Source: a virus. From it: a stretch of DNA of 64,000 nucleotides. Below, piece after piece: positions 32,384-41,527 of this stretch (the stretch's first letter is position 1; each line of letters opens with the position of its first letter). The translations under genes and the position numbers were made by a program. Where the stretch lies: positions 65,941-129,940 of the IMG/VR virus record IMGVR_UViG_3300036820_000003; one strand, given 5' to 3'. The notes below the pieces were generated by a model. The model saw only the letters and a program-made list of their open reading frames with translations, was not told the origin of the DNA and searched no databases.

Positions 32384-35300
32384 GTGGCAGCGACGTTGAC
32401 TGACAGTGGTGAGCAGACTGCTCCTGTTTCATACTGGTCGTTCCCTATTGAGAAGACAGTGAAGACCGCCGACGGCGACTTGATCGTCTACGGTCGTGCG
32501 ACTGACGGTTCGGTAGACTCCGACGGTCAGATCGTGGACCTGGACTGGTCCGGCAAGGCACTGGACGAGTGGGCTCCCATCGGGAACGTGCGAGTCCAGC
32601 ACCAGGCCCAGCGGGATCCGGCCGGCAAGGCGATCGAGATCGTCCATCAGGCTGACTCGCACTGGGTGAAAAGCCTGATCGTCGAGCCGGTGGCGAAGAG
32701 ACTTGTCGAGAAGGGCGTGCTGACCGCCTACTCGGTCGGCATCGCGCGTCCTGTCATCGAGCCGGATGTGACCGGCAAGGCGCGCGGCGGGATTATCCGA
32801 GGCGGGACGCTGGTGGAGCTATCGCTGGTGGATCGTCCTGCGAACAAGAACTGCGGCATTCAGCTGGTGAAGTCAGCTGACGGCGGCGAAGCCGAGGTCG
32901 TCTGCAAGGTGTGGGGTGACGAGGAGATCCTCACAAAGGACGGAGGCGGCGGGGTTCAGGGGACGATGCCGACTCCGACGTCCGTTGACGACGACGATCT
33001 CCCGGACTATGACAAACCGTCGCCCGAGGGGACTGCGCCGACTGATCCGACTGACGGAGGGCTGACCGGAAAGTCCGCTGATGTTCGCTACAGCTCGGTC
33101 TCGGTGGAGCTGCCGGGGGACGTTTCGGTCGCGTTCAGTCCCGCAGATCTGGCGAAAATGAACACCTTCGCCCAGGAGCTTGGCGCCGAGCTGGCTGAAC
33201 TTGGACAGGTAGCCTTCGCTGAGGAGAAGTTCCTGGGGAAGGGTCATCGCAAGTTCAGCGCACGTCGAAGGAAGGAACTAGCCGGGGGCGGGAACGCTCT
33301 TCCGGATGGATCGTATCCGATTCCGGATAAGGACGCGCTGAGGCGAGCCGCTATTCTCGCGCGGAGTGGTCATGGGAATGTTTCGGCCGCTCGGAGGCTG
33401 ATTTCAAGGAGAGCAAAGGAGCTGGGAGTGTCCAATCCGCTTAGTTCGAACGATGCCGAGAAGAGCGAGGGGGATGTGACTCCCAGCCCGATCGCAGTCG
33501 AGGACGTGTCCAAGGGCATGTGCTCGGAATGCAAGAAGCCGATGTCCAAGTGCTCGTGCAGCACCGCCGACATGAGCAAGAGCGACGTGGAAGCTGACTC
33601 CGAAAAGGGCATCGCCCAGATGAATCACGACGACATGGACACCGACAGCGGCGAGGACTCCGACTCCGGTGCGGACAAGTCCGAGAATGCTGCCGTCGAG
33701 GAAGGGTCAGAGAAGTCGTCCAAGCCGAAGAAGGGCGGAAAGGGCGGAAAGGGCGGGAAGTCGATGCCGCCCTGGATGAAGGACAAGGAAAAGGACGGGG
33801 ACTCCGATTCCGACGATGACAAGAAGTCCGACAAGGCCGCTCCGACTGACGGGGTGCGGGGTATGACCTCGGATCCGCTGCCAGTGCATCGTGAGCCGGA
33901 CGGGCTGGCGATCGAGTCGATGGAAGCGGACGCGGGACTGCCGACGGTTCCGGACTCCTCGGTGTCGGGAGTCGGGAAGTCTGACGGGGCCGGGGCCGGG
34001 GCCGAGTTCACCGAGATGGACACGGCGCTGCGGCTGAAGACAGTGGGAGTGGCGTATACGCTGGGGGCTCTGCACGACATGTGCTGCCCGGCGTTCGCTC
34101 CGGGGGACGTCGCGAAGGGACACCCGGGAGCGTCGTTCTCGGGGATTGACCTGATGTTCTTCGCGCAGAAGGCGATGGACGCCGCGTCGGTTGCAACCGG
34201 TGCGACGATGCAGGAGGCGGCTCGGGCTTCGCGTCTGTGGACGCACGCGCAGACTCTCAAGAGTCTTACGGACGCGGACGCGCTGGAACTGCAGACGGAG
34301 GCGCACAAGGCCTTCCGTGATGCTAATCCCGGGGTCGGCTCGGCTCCCACCCCGGGGCATATCTCGGCTGGCAGCTTCAAGAGGCCCGCGATTACCGCCG
34401 GGCACGCGGCCGACAGCCCCGGGCACGACGGACCGCACACCGCGACGATCCCGCCGGAGGGCGGGATTCACGCAGAGAGCTTCGGGAGAGGATTCATCTC
34501 GGAGGGGCACGCGGCTGATTCGCCTGCTAACAAGGGAGTCGGGGTGCCGACGTCGGTGGATTACGTCCCGACGATCCGAGAGAACGCCCGGGCCGCGATG
34601 CGCGCGATGCACGATCACGTCGCGCAGACCTTCCCCGACGTTTGCCCGATGGAAATGTCGGGTGATGAGCGGACGGTCATGTCGCGTCCGGTGCCGGTTC
34701 CCGGCGGGACCCCGGCGACTCAGGCGGCGCGAATCGGGCAGGTCGGCAAGTCCGAAGACGGGGTGGATGTGACAGTCGGGAAGGAGACTGAGCACCCGAC
34801 CGACGTTATGAAGGGACTGGTCGACGCCGACGTCGAAAAAGCCGCGAAGAAGATGCGTCGGAAGCTCGGCAAGAAGGTTCTGTCGGGTAAGATGACCGTA
34901 GACGAGGCTCGCGCCCAGATCGGGCGGAGGATCGCTCAGAAGGCCGGCGGCCAGACGATGATCTCCTCCCCCTCGATGGGCGGTGGCGGCATGAAGTCCG
35001 AGACAGAAGCAGCTCCGGTGGTGCCGGAAGTTGTCAAGTCCATCGGGTACGCCGCTCCCTCACCAATCAATGTGTACCCGTCCGCGCCCGCTCCCGCGAC
35101 TGCGGTGATCGACGCGGATGTCGTGAAGTCGGCTGTCGAGGCTGCGGTGGCACCGCTGCTGGAGAAGATGGCCGCGGATCGAGAGGCCTTTCAAGAGCGG
35201 ATTGCCGCGCTTGAGGGAATGCCCGACCCGAACGTGACGGCGTTCCGGGGAATGGCGTACGCGAGCAAGAGTATGAGTGCGCGCCCGGCGGGCGCGAATA

Positions 35301-35434
35301 TGGATGAACTCCGAGGTCGGACTCAGGCCATGATGCTAAGCCAGGCCGAACAGGAATGGCGCAGCGCCGACAATCCCATTCAGCGGGAAGCTGCGTGGGC
35401 GTCGATGATGGAACTCCGAGGATTCAAGAAATGA
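32384..35434 (+). CDS. Prohead (HK97-type) protease fused to long scaffold-like region
   Basis: VYGRATDGSVDSDGQIVD, NVRVQH, TAYSVG, ELSLVDRPAN; GTG 32384 with GGAGG SD; acidic/charged linkers and C-terminal coiled coil. Confidence 0.85.
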   Translation: MAATLTDSGEQTAPVSYWSFPIEKTVKTADGDLIVYGRATDGSVDSDGQIVDLDWSGKALDEWAPIGNVRVQHQAQRDPAGKAIEIVHQADSHWVKSLIVEPVAKRLVEKGVLTAYSVGIARPVIEPDVTGKARGGIIRGGTLVELSLVDRPANKNCGIQLVKSADGGEAEVVCKVWGDEEILTKDGGGGVQGTMPTPTSVDDDDLPDYDKPSPEGTAPTDPTDGGLTGKSADVRYSSVSVELPGDVSVAFSPADLAKMNTFAQELGAELAELGQVAFAEEKFLGKGHRKFSARRRKELAGGGNALPDGSYPIPDKDALRRAAILARSGHGNVSAARRLISRRAKELGVSNPLSSNDAEKSEGDVTPSPIAVEDVSKGMCSECKKPMSKCSCSTADMSKSDVEADSEKGIAQMNHDDMDTDSGEDSDSGADKSENAAVEEGSEKSSKPKKGGKGGKGGKSMPPWMKDKEKDGDSDSDDDKKSDKAAPTDGVRGMTSDPLPVHREPDGLAIESMEADAGLPTVPDSSVSGVGKSDGAGAGAEFTEMDTALRLKTVGVAYTLGALHDMCCPAFAPGDVAKGHPGASFSGIDLMFFAQKAMDAASVATGATMQEAARASRLWTHAQTLKSLTDADALELQTEAHKAFRDANPGVGSAPTPGHISAGSFKRPAITAGHAADSPGHDGPHTATIPPEGGIHAESFGRGFISEGHAADSPANKGVGVPTSVDYVPTIRENARAAMRAMHDHVAQTFPDVCPMEMSGDERTVMSRPVPVPGGTPATQAARIGQVGKSEDGVDVTVGKETEHPTDVMKGLVDADVEKAAKKMRRKLGKKVLSGKMTVDEARAQIGRRIAQKAGGQTMISSPSMGGGGMKSETEAAPVVPEVVKSIGYAAPSPINVYPSAPAPATAVIDADVVKSAVEAAVAPLLEKMAADREAFQERIAALEGMPDPNVTAFRGMAYASKSMSARPAGANMDELRGRTQAMMLSQAEQEWRSADNPIQREAAWASMMELRGFKK

Positions 35435-35461
35435 TGAGATTTTTGATTGATTGGAGACGTC

Positions 35462-37291
35462 ATGGCTGACGTTCTAACGGAGAGCGCTGTCTCTCCCGGG
35501 GATCTGAGCGCCCCCGCTCGCGAGGGCGAAGCGCTTATGAACCGGTATAATTCGACCGGGGACGTGCTCAAGTCCCGGATGCCCGAGCTGGTCAAGGGGG
35601 CCGGGTTCGCTTCTGGTCTTAATGCGCCTTTGTCGGACCCGATGCAGATCATGACCAAGGCGCATCAGGCGACGCTGGACCTGCGGACGGAAACGTGGCG
35701 CGGGTTCAACGACAGGGCCTCGGTCGTCAAGGGCATGAACGGCGATTTTCTGTCGCAGCGGGGATACCTGAAGACCGCGCTCAACGCGCCTTCGGTGTCG
35801 GAGCAGCTCCAGCAGCTGATGAAGATGATCCCCGGCGGGGCGGACGCCGCTAAGAGTTTTACGGCCGGGAACCTGGGGATCGGTTCAGTTTCGGGCCTGG
35901 TGCCCTTCGACCTGCTCGCGCCCTCTCGTCTCATCTACCCCGTCTACACCGTCTTCCGGAACAAGCTGCCCCGGCCTCCTGGTCAGGGCACCGCCCGGCA
36001 GGCGAAGGTCTTCACCGGCGTGTCCGGTTCGCAGACCGGCGGGCAGGGGATCATCGACATCTCGATTCCCGAGCTTGTGCAGGCGAACGGATCGCTGAGT
36101 CCCTCCGCGTGGCCGCTCAACCTGCCGCCTTCGGGGTCGCAGACTGAGGTCGATCTGAACATCCCGTATCGGTTCTTCGGGCTGACGGAGAGTCTTTCCT
36201 GGCTGGCGCAGTTCGCGGGGCAGGGATTCGAGGACATCTCGGCGCTTGCCAACCTGATTCTCCTGCAGGAGATGATGATGGGCGAGGAGTACCAGCTCCT
36301 GGCCGGTACTTCGACTGCCCTCTCGGTGCCCGGGGCTCCGACGCTGACCGCGCGGACGGCCGGCTCGAACGAGACCGCGATCTCATCGGCCGGCTCGGCG
36401 ACGTACGTCGCGGTCACGGCGACGAACTACTTCGGCGAGACCACGGCCGTCAACTACACGACGACCGTGACCCCCACCACGGGTCAGGTCATCGACGTGA
36501 CCATCTCCCCGTCGCAGGGCGCTCAGTCGTACAACATCTACGTCGGGACTACCAGCACCAACGCCGGGACGTTCCGGATGGCCACTGGCGTCGGCGGAGT
36601 TCGATTCACGCTTCAGGGGACCGTCCCGTCCTCTGGCGCGAACGCTCCTCTGACTGACACGGGGACCGGATCGAACACGAGGCTTGAGGGTCTTATCCCG
36701 ACGATTACCGGGAAAAGTGCCACGACCTCAGTCTACCCCGGGGGCTGGCAGGGCGGGTACTCCAACCCCTCGGTCGGGACGCACCTGAGTTACAACGCAC
36801 TCTACACGGCGCTGGACGCCCTGTGGGAGTCGGTGTACGTGACGCCCGGCGCGTTCCGGGCGGACCCGGCGGAGATCGTCGGCGATGGCGGCGACATCAT
36901 GCGGCTGTCGACGGACGTCATCAACCAGGGGGCGGCTACCAACTACCGGCTCTGGCTGGACCAGGCGGACGTGTCGGGAGTGCGCGTCGGCGCGGCGGTG
37001 TCGGAGTTCCAGAACCCGATCACCCGCAGTGTTCTGAAGCTGGTGGTGCACCCCTGGATGACGCAGGGCACCGCGATGCTGATGACGTATCAGCTCCCGC
37101 AGACGTGGACGAATGTCGCGAATGCATGGGAAATGACCTGCGTGCAGGACTACGTGTCGCTTGCATGGCCTGTGATCGACGCCACCTTCCGCTACAGTAT
37201 TTTCCTGTACGCAGCTCTGTGTGGATACGCTCCATATTACTCGGGTATCTTGCAGGGCTTGCAAATCTCGGATACGACGCCCTACTCTTGA
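35462..37291 (+). CDS. Major capsid protein with Thr-rich Ig/FN3-like insertion
   Basis: Position after protease; PFDLLAPSRLIYP...LPRPPGQG; insertion PGAPTLT...YVAVTATNYFGET...SYNIYVGT. Confidence 0.85.
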   Translation: MADVLTESAVSPGDLSAPAREGEALMNRYNSTGDVLKSRMPELVKGAGFASGLNAPLSDPMQIMTKAHQATLDLRTETWRGFNDRASVVKGMNGDFLSQRGYLKTALNAPSVSEQLQQLMKMIPGGADAAKSFTAGNLGIGSVSGLVPFDLLAPSRLIYPVYTVFRNKLPRPPGQGTARQAKVFTGVSGSQTGGQGIIDISIPELVQANGSLSPSAWPLNLPPSGSQTEVDLNIPYRFFGLTESLSWLAQFAGQGFEDISALANLILLQEMMMGEEYQLLAGTSTALSVPGAPTLTARTAGSNETAISSAGSATYVAVTATNYFGETTAVNYTTTVTPTTGQVIDVTISPSQGAQSYNIYVGTTSTNAGTFRMATGVGGVRFTLQGTVPSSGANAPLTDTGTGSNTRLEGLIPTITGKSATTSVYPGGWQGGYSNPSVGTHLSYNALYTALDALWESVYVTPGAFRADPAEIVGDGGDIMRLSTDVINQGAATNYRLWLDQADVSGVRVGAAVSEFQNPITRSVLKLVVHPWMTQGTAMLMTYQLPQTWTNVANAWEMTCVQDYVSLAWPVIDATFRYSIFLYAALCGYAPYYSGILQGLQISDTTPYS

Positions 37292-37320
37292 CGGAGAGTG
37301 ACCATCCTCTTCCGCACGAT

Positions 37321-37349
37321 TAGCCATTAACCTGGGGGTAGTGTAAACT
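37321..37349 (+). promoter_or_regulatory. Promoter TAGCCA-17-TAAACT, leaderless endonuclease gene
   Basis: ATG 37356 is 6 nt after the -10. Confidence 0.55.
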
Positions 37350-37355
37350 ATCCTT

Positions 37356-38234
37356 ATGGGAACAAGCGATGGTGCAAAAAGAGGATGGTCAGAGGAACGT
37401 CGCCGTCGGCAGTCTGAGACTATGCGACGGAGAGCTCAGGATCCTGAGTACCGTTCACGTGTGGCAGACGGTGTGCGAAAGAAACAAGCAGAACGAACCC
37501 CCGAGGAACGTTCTGAATCTGCCCGTAAAACGCACACCGCTGATTCGGATGCGAAGCGATCCGAATCGATGCGACAGACATGGGAAGAAACTGATCTCCG
37601 AGCAAGGCGAGCTGTAACTGAAGCCCTGCCTGAAGTTAAAGCGAAGCGCTCGGCTGCGGCCAGGGAGTCCAACAATCGACCCGGCCGCGCCGAGCACCAA
37701 GCAGATATAATGCGTGAAAAATTCGCTACAGATGAGGAATTCCGTGAACGTCACTCATCTGGTCTGAGAAGACTTATGGAAGATCCTGCGCAACGGAAAT
37801 CTCGCTCGGACAGTATGCTGCGAGCCTGGCAGGAGAGCCCTGAGCTTTTTGAGGGGAGCCTGCGAGCCTTCCAAGAAGAATCACACAGCGAAGACGATCG
37901 AGCTAGGCGACGTAAGATCGGTGCTCGCAGGGCAGCCGCCTCGCCCCTCACTCCGTACGAGCACGCAGTCGTGCTTGTGCTAAATGAGCTGGAGACTCCC
38001 TACTTTATCCACAAAGTGATAGATGTCAACGAGTTTGACATCATCGTTCCATCACATAAGCTGAATATCGAAGTAGACGGTTCCAACCACGTAGGAGAAG
38101 CCGGGCGCAGCAAGGATGCGGCACGAGATATCCTCACATCTGAAAAAGGGTACACCGTACTCCGGCTCCCTCACTCTGAGATCAAGTCGGGTGTCTTTAT
38201 CGCCAAGCTCCGTGAGGCGCTCGGCATGACCTAG
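37356..38234 (+). CDS. Free-standing DUF559/Vsr-like endonuclease with NUMOD3-like helical repeats
   Basis: EFDIIV...LNIEVDGSNH...KDAARD...GYTVLRL; N-terminal SEERRRRQSE repeats; AT-richer. Confidence 0.8.
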   Translation: MGTSDGAKRGWSEERRRRQSETMRRRAQDPEYRSRVADGVRKKQAERTPEERSESARKTHTADSDAKRSESMRQTWEETDLRARRAVTEALPEVKAKRSAAARESNNRPGRAEHQADIMREKFATDEEFRERHSSGLRRLMEDPAQRKSRSDSMLRAWQESPELFEGSLRAFQEESHSEDDRARRRKIGARRAAASPLTPYEHAVVLVLNELETPYFIHKVIDVNEFDIIVPSHKLNIEVDGSNHVGEAGRSKDAARDILTSEKGYTVLRLPHSEIKSGVFIAKLREALGMT

Positions 38235-38247
38235 AAAGGATGACCAC

Positions 38248-38640
38248 GTGGCCATCTTCGCAAACGGACCGGACTTCCAGAGCAACTCTGCAAGCTCCGT
38301 CCCCTCGTACATCTTCCTCACTCGCGGGTTCGGCGGAACCGCCCTCGCGGCTGGCGTGACGCTCAGGAACCCTACCATCGTCAACACCGGCTCCGCCGTG
38401 GTTTACGTCGGCAACGGGACTATCGCCTCGGTCGCTCACGGCACCGCCAACCTCGCCTACCTGGTAGGCGCGGGTGTCGCGCTCCAGCCGGGTCAGCAGA
38501 TGGTGATCTTCGGGACGGCGGTCGCCGGGACGGCGACGACTCCCGGACTGAACACCTTCGACCTGTACGGGGCCACCAACGCAGTCGGCGTAAGCTCGAC
38601 GGTAATCGGCGGCTACGCCACCCAGACGATCGTAAGCTAA
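38248..38640 (+). CDS. Small virion protein (paralogue A)
   Basis: IVNTGSAVVYVG...GVALQPG motif. Confidence 0.7.
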   Translation: MAIFANGPDFQSNSASSVPSYIFLTRGFGGTALAAGVTLRNPTIVNTGSAVVYVGNGTIASVAHGTANLAYLVGAGVALQPGQQMVIFGTAVAGTATTPGLNTFDLYGATNAVGVSSTVIGGYATQTIVS

Positions 38641-38655
38641 GAAGGGAGCGGGGTC

Positions 38656-39183
38656 ATGGCTGTTCCTCACAACTCGGGAAACACCACCGGTGAGGATCCT
38701 CCGGTCATCGGCGATCCTCCCATCCAGGTATACATCCCGCCCAAGGTCGGCAACCCCCATTGCGTTATCTTCAACAACGGGGCTAGTCCGGTCTATCTGG
38801 GCGGGACAGGCGTGTCCATCAACGGCGGACTGTACTTCCCGCCCAACGCGCAGCTCAGTCTCCCGTATATGCCCTACGGCATCTGGTCGGTGTCGGGCTA
38901 CACGCTGGGCACCGCAGTCACCACGCTGTCCGCAAGCGTCACGGCAGGCGGAACGACCATCGCCTGCGGAAGCCTCGCCTCGATGACCGTCGGATCGGCG
39001 GTGCAGATCGGCAACGCGAACGCACCGACTTCCTATGACATCGTGACGATCTCCGCTTTCGTGAACGCCGGAACGCTGACCACGACTTCCCCGACGCTGT
39101 ACGATCACATCTCCGGCGGCACGGTGACGGTGGTGGCCAGCCAGACCGGATCGTCTTTGTCGGTCAACGTGGGAACGACGTGA
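38656..39183 (+). CDS. Small virion protein (paralogue B)
   Basis: IFNNGASPVYLG...GGLYFPP motif; SD GGGAG. Confidence 0.7.
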   Translation: MAVPHNSGNTTGEDPPVIGDPPIQVYIPPKVGNPHCVIFNNGASPVYLGGTGVSINGGLYFPPNAQLSLPYMPYGIWSVSGYTLGTAVTTLSASVTAGGTTIACGSLASMTVGSAVQIGNANAPTSYDIVTISAFVNAGTLTTTSPTLYDHISGGTVTVVASQTGSSLSVNVGTT

Positions 39184-39186
39184 GCT

Positions 39187-39468
39187 ATGGCCTCGACTAT
39201 TCAGCCGTTCACCGTCAGCGCGACTGCCGCAACTCTGATAACGACGCTGCCGCCCGGTCCGTCTAGCATCTACGTGTCAGCCGGACCGGGCACAGTCGGA
39301 ATGTACCTCGGCCTGGGAACCGCGACATCCGCCTCAAACGGACTGTATATTCCCAGCGGAGGGCTCCCGTTCCACGTGGATCGATATGTCGGCCTCGGCG
39401 GGCGGGGGTTGTACGGAATCGCAGTGAGTGGTACAGTGACATCAGCTGTCGTCATTGTCTACCCATAG
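39187..39468 (+). CDS. Small virion protein (paralogue C)
   Basis: GTVGMYLG...NGLYIPSG motif. Confidence 0.7.
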   Translation: MASTIQPFTVSATAATLITTLPPGPSSIYVSAGPGTVGMYLGLGTATSASNGLYIPSGGLPFHVDRYVGLGGRGLYGIAVSGTVTSAVVIVYP

Positions 39469-39471
39469 GAG

Positions 39472-39867
39472 TTGCAGATGGGCCAGAGAGTCCAGCTACC
39501 GCCCGGATGCGCTGGATTCACGTGCGCGGACGGGTCTCGCTATTCGGCGGAGGCAGGGACCTCGGTGGTGCTGGAAGATCACCACGCGAGGTCCCTGTCC
39601 AAGTCGCAGCATTCGGAAATCGGGCTGGTGAAGGCCTCCGAGGGATTCTCACTCGGAACTAAACGAGGACGACGCTGTGTCTCGTGCGCTCGACTGTGGC
39701 AGGCGTGGTCGCTGGAGTGCCCTCGCTGCGGAAGTCCGACTTCTGAAGAGGGACCCCGAATCGAGGAGTTCGCGGCATCCGGGGAGAACGAGGCGACTGG
39801 CAGGGAGTCGGATGCTTCTGCAGCCAGCACTGGAAGCAATCTCTCCATCGCGGGGCGAAACTCTTGA
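39472..39867 (+). CDS. Zinc-ribbon hypothetical protein
   Basis: CVSC...CPRC. Confidence 0.7.
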   Translation: MQMGQRVQLPPGCAGFTCADGSRYSAEAGTSVVLEDHHARSLSKSQHSEIGLVKASEGFSLGTKRGRRCVSCARLWQAWSLECPRCGSPTSEEGPRIEEFAASGENEATGRESDASAASTGSNLSIAGRNS

Positions 39868-39925
39868 ACGGGCTGTTCTTGCACTGGGGAGTGGAGCATT
39901 CCACCCACAGCGGGATGAGTTCCAT
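39659..39925 (-). CDS. Possible antisense Cys-containing protein
   Basis: GAAAGGAA SD; CSTPQC...CFQC; overlaps the + gene over 209 nt. Confidence 0.35.
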   Translation of the reverse strand: MELIPLWVECSTPQCKNSPFKSFAPRWRDCFQCWLQKHPTPCQSPRSPRMPRTPRFGVPLQKSDFRSEGTPATTPATVERTRHSVVLV

Positions 39926-40029
39926 CTATTCCTTTCAAGCAGGGGAGGGTCCCGGCCCGCCAGCAGTCACGCGGCTCCGATAGGAGTGGCGGGCCGGGAG
40001 TTCAGGGGGAGAGAGGCGGGGCGGGACGG

Positions 40030-40446
40030 CTAGTTGCGAACCGGGTAGATGCCGTCCTTGAAGTAGCGGGGGACCGTGTGGGACTCGATCCACTCGCCGC
40101 GTCTGTTAGCGACGACGAGACCTGCGGGGGAGACTGCGAACTCGGCGTCCCCCATGAGGAAGCGCATGTAGTTGGACGACAGGTCGTACTGGTCCACGTA
40201 ATGCGAGGAGGCAGCCTGATTGAATCGGTAGACGGCGATGAACTCCTCGTCCACTTCCTGTCGCTTGCCAGGGACGTAAGACGGATATGACAATCTCAGC
40301 TCTCTGCGCTCGGCTTTGGCGCTGGTTCCGAATACGGGGAACAGCATCGCCGGGGGAGCGGAGTTAAGCACGATCTCGCTGTTGCGATCAGTAGATAGTG
40401 ACATCGAGAGCACTTCCTTCCTAGTATTCCCTGCCCTTATGGGCAT
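40030..40446 (-). CDS. Antisense hypothetical protein with strong own promoter (moron-like)
   Basis: TTGTAA-17-TATAAT at 40480-40452; alternative SD AGGAAGGA for a later start. Confidence 0.7.
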   Translation of the reverse strand: MPIRAGNTRKEVLSMSLSTDRNSEIVLNSAPPAMLFPVFGTSAKAERRELRLSYPSYVPGKRQEVDEEFIAVYRFNQAASSHYVDQYDLSSNYMRFLMGDAEFAVSPAGLVVANRRGEWIESHTVPRYFKDGIYPVRN

Positions 40447-40492
40447 ACCTAATTATACCGCGCCGGAATGGCGCTTACAACCTGGAGGACTT

Positions 40493-41119
40493 ATGGGATT
40501 GTATGGCCGCAGCGACGTGATGAGCGTCTGCGTGCCCCTGACTGCCGGCGGTTGCGGAGTGACACACTCGCGACCCGTTATCGCAGGCGTTACGGAAGAA
40601 GAATGGAATCTTGAGGGAGTATGCGTCGTCTGCGCCGCCTCCCTGCGAGGTGATCCGCTCTGGGCCGCGATGCCCGCTGAAATCCCCGAGACGCCTGATG
40701 AGCGGACTAAGCGCGAGGACGCCGAAAAACGAGGCGAAAAGGCGCTCAAGAAAGCGCAAGAGCAGACAAACGTCAAGCTTGCGGAAGTAAGCGAACAGAT
40801 CGTCCAGCTGCTGAAGGCGCAGCATAACGGGATACTGCCCGGTCAGGACGGAATTGCCGAGATAGTCGCGGCGGAGGTTGCCAAGGCACTGGCTCAGCAG
40901 ACTGTCTACACCATGACCCAGGATTCCCCTGGCCTCGGTGATTTCTCTCCTGTCCTTGAAAGCGCGGGGGAACAGCAGTTGAGTCGATTGCATGTGCGGA
41001 CACTCGGGAAAATGTGCCGAGAGCGCGGATTGGATTCAACAGGCGGTAAGACGGATTTGATCGCTCGTCTGATCACGTATCCTGCGATTCCTGATGAGGT
41101 TGCGGCCGGGGGGTTCTGA
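40493..41119 (+). CDS. Cys-containing protein with C-terminal SAP/HeH DNA-binding domain
   Basis: SD GGAGG; LSRLHVRTLGKMCRERGLDSTGGKTDLIARL. Confidence 0.75.
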   Translation: MGLYGRSDVMSVCVPLTAGGCGVTHSRPVIAGVTEEEWNLEGVCVVCAASLRGDPLWAAMPAEIPETPDERTKREDAEKRGEKALKKAQEQTNVKLAEVSEQIVQLLKAQHNGILPGQDGIAEIVAAEVAKALAQQTVYTMTQDSPGLGDFSPVLESAGEQQLSRLHVRTLGKMCRERGLDSTGGKTDLIARLITYPAIPDEVAAGGF

Positions 41120-41527
41120 TTGGGCTCGGGCGGCGGATTCTGCTCTGCGTGCGGCGGCGCGAAGAGGGGAAGAGCCGCCCGGAGCCGTGCTGCGGTGGCG
41201 GTGCTGAACTGCTGCGTGTGCGCCGACGGGATGTGCGGCGAGCACGCGGTCTGGTCAGGTGGTCGTTACCTGTGCGTGAAATGTGCTAGAGTCGCTGGTA
41301 TGAGGGTGAGGAGGAAACCGGATGACGATGCCGCCGTACGGTCCGGTGAGCCCGTATGTGAGCCCTCAGATGCTGATCTCAGCTCCGACGGGAATTTCGT
41401 GGAATACGATTCCACCCGGGTCGGGGGTGACCCCGGCCATGAGGCTCGCGGAACAGGCGAATATCTGCAACCGAGCGACGTCGGAGGCGGACGGGTACAT
41501 CAATCAGATCATCCGGGCGACGACTGA
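41120..41527 (+). CDS. Cys-rich small protein (extent uncertain)
   Basis: CSAC, CCVC..MCGEH, CVKC; 3' part overlaps the next gene. Confidence 0.45.
   Translation: MGSGGGFCSACGGAKRGRAARSRAAVAVLNCCVCADGMCGEHAVWSGGRYLCVKCARVAGMRVRRKPDDDAAVRSGEPVCEPSDADLSSDGNFVEYDSTRVGGDPGHEARGTGEYLQPSDVGGGRVHQSDHPGDD

Noticed and set aside
17613-34795. Long minus-strand ORFs such as 17613-18713, 22944-23855, 26462-27574, 30863-31951, 33707-34795
   Set aside because: Antisense shadows of motif-bearing plus-strand genes; no SD or recognisable motif
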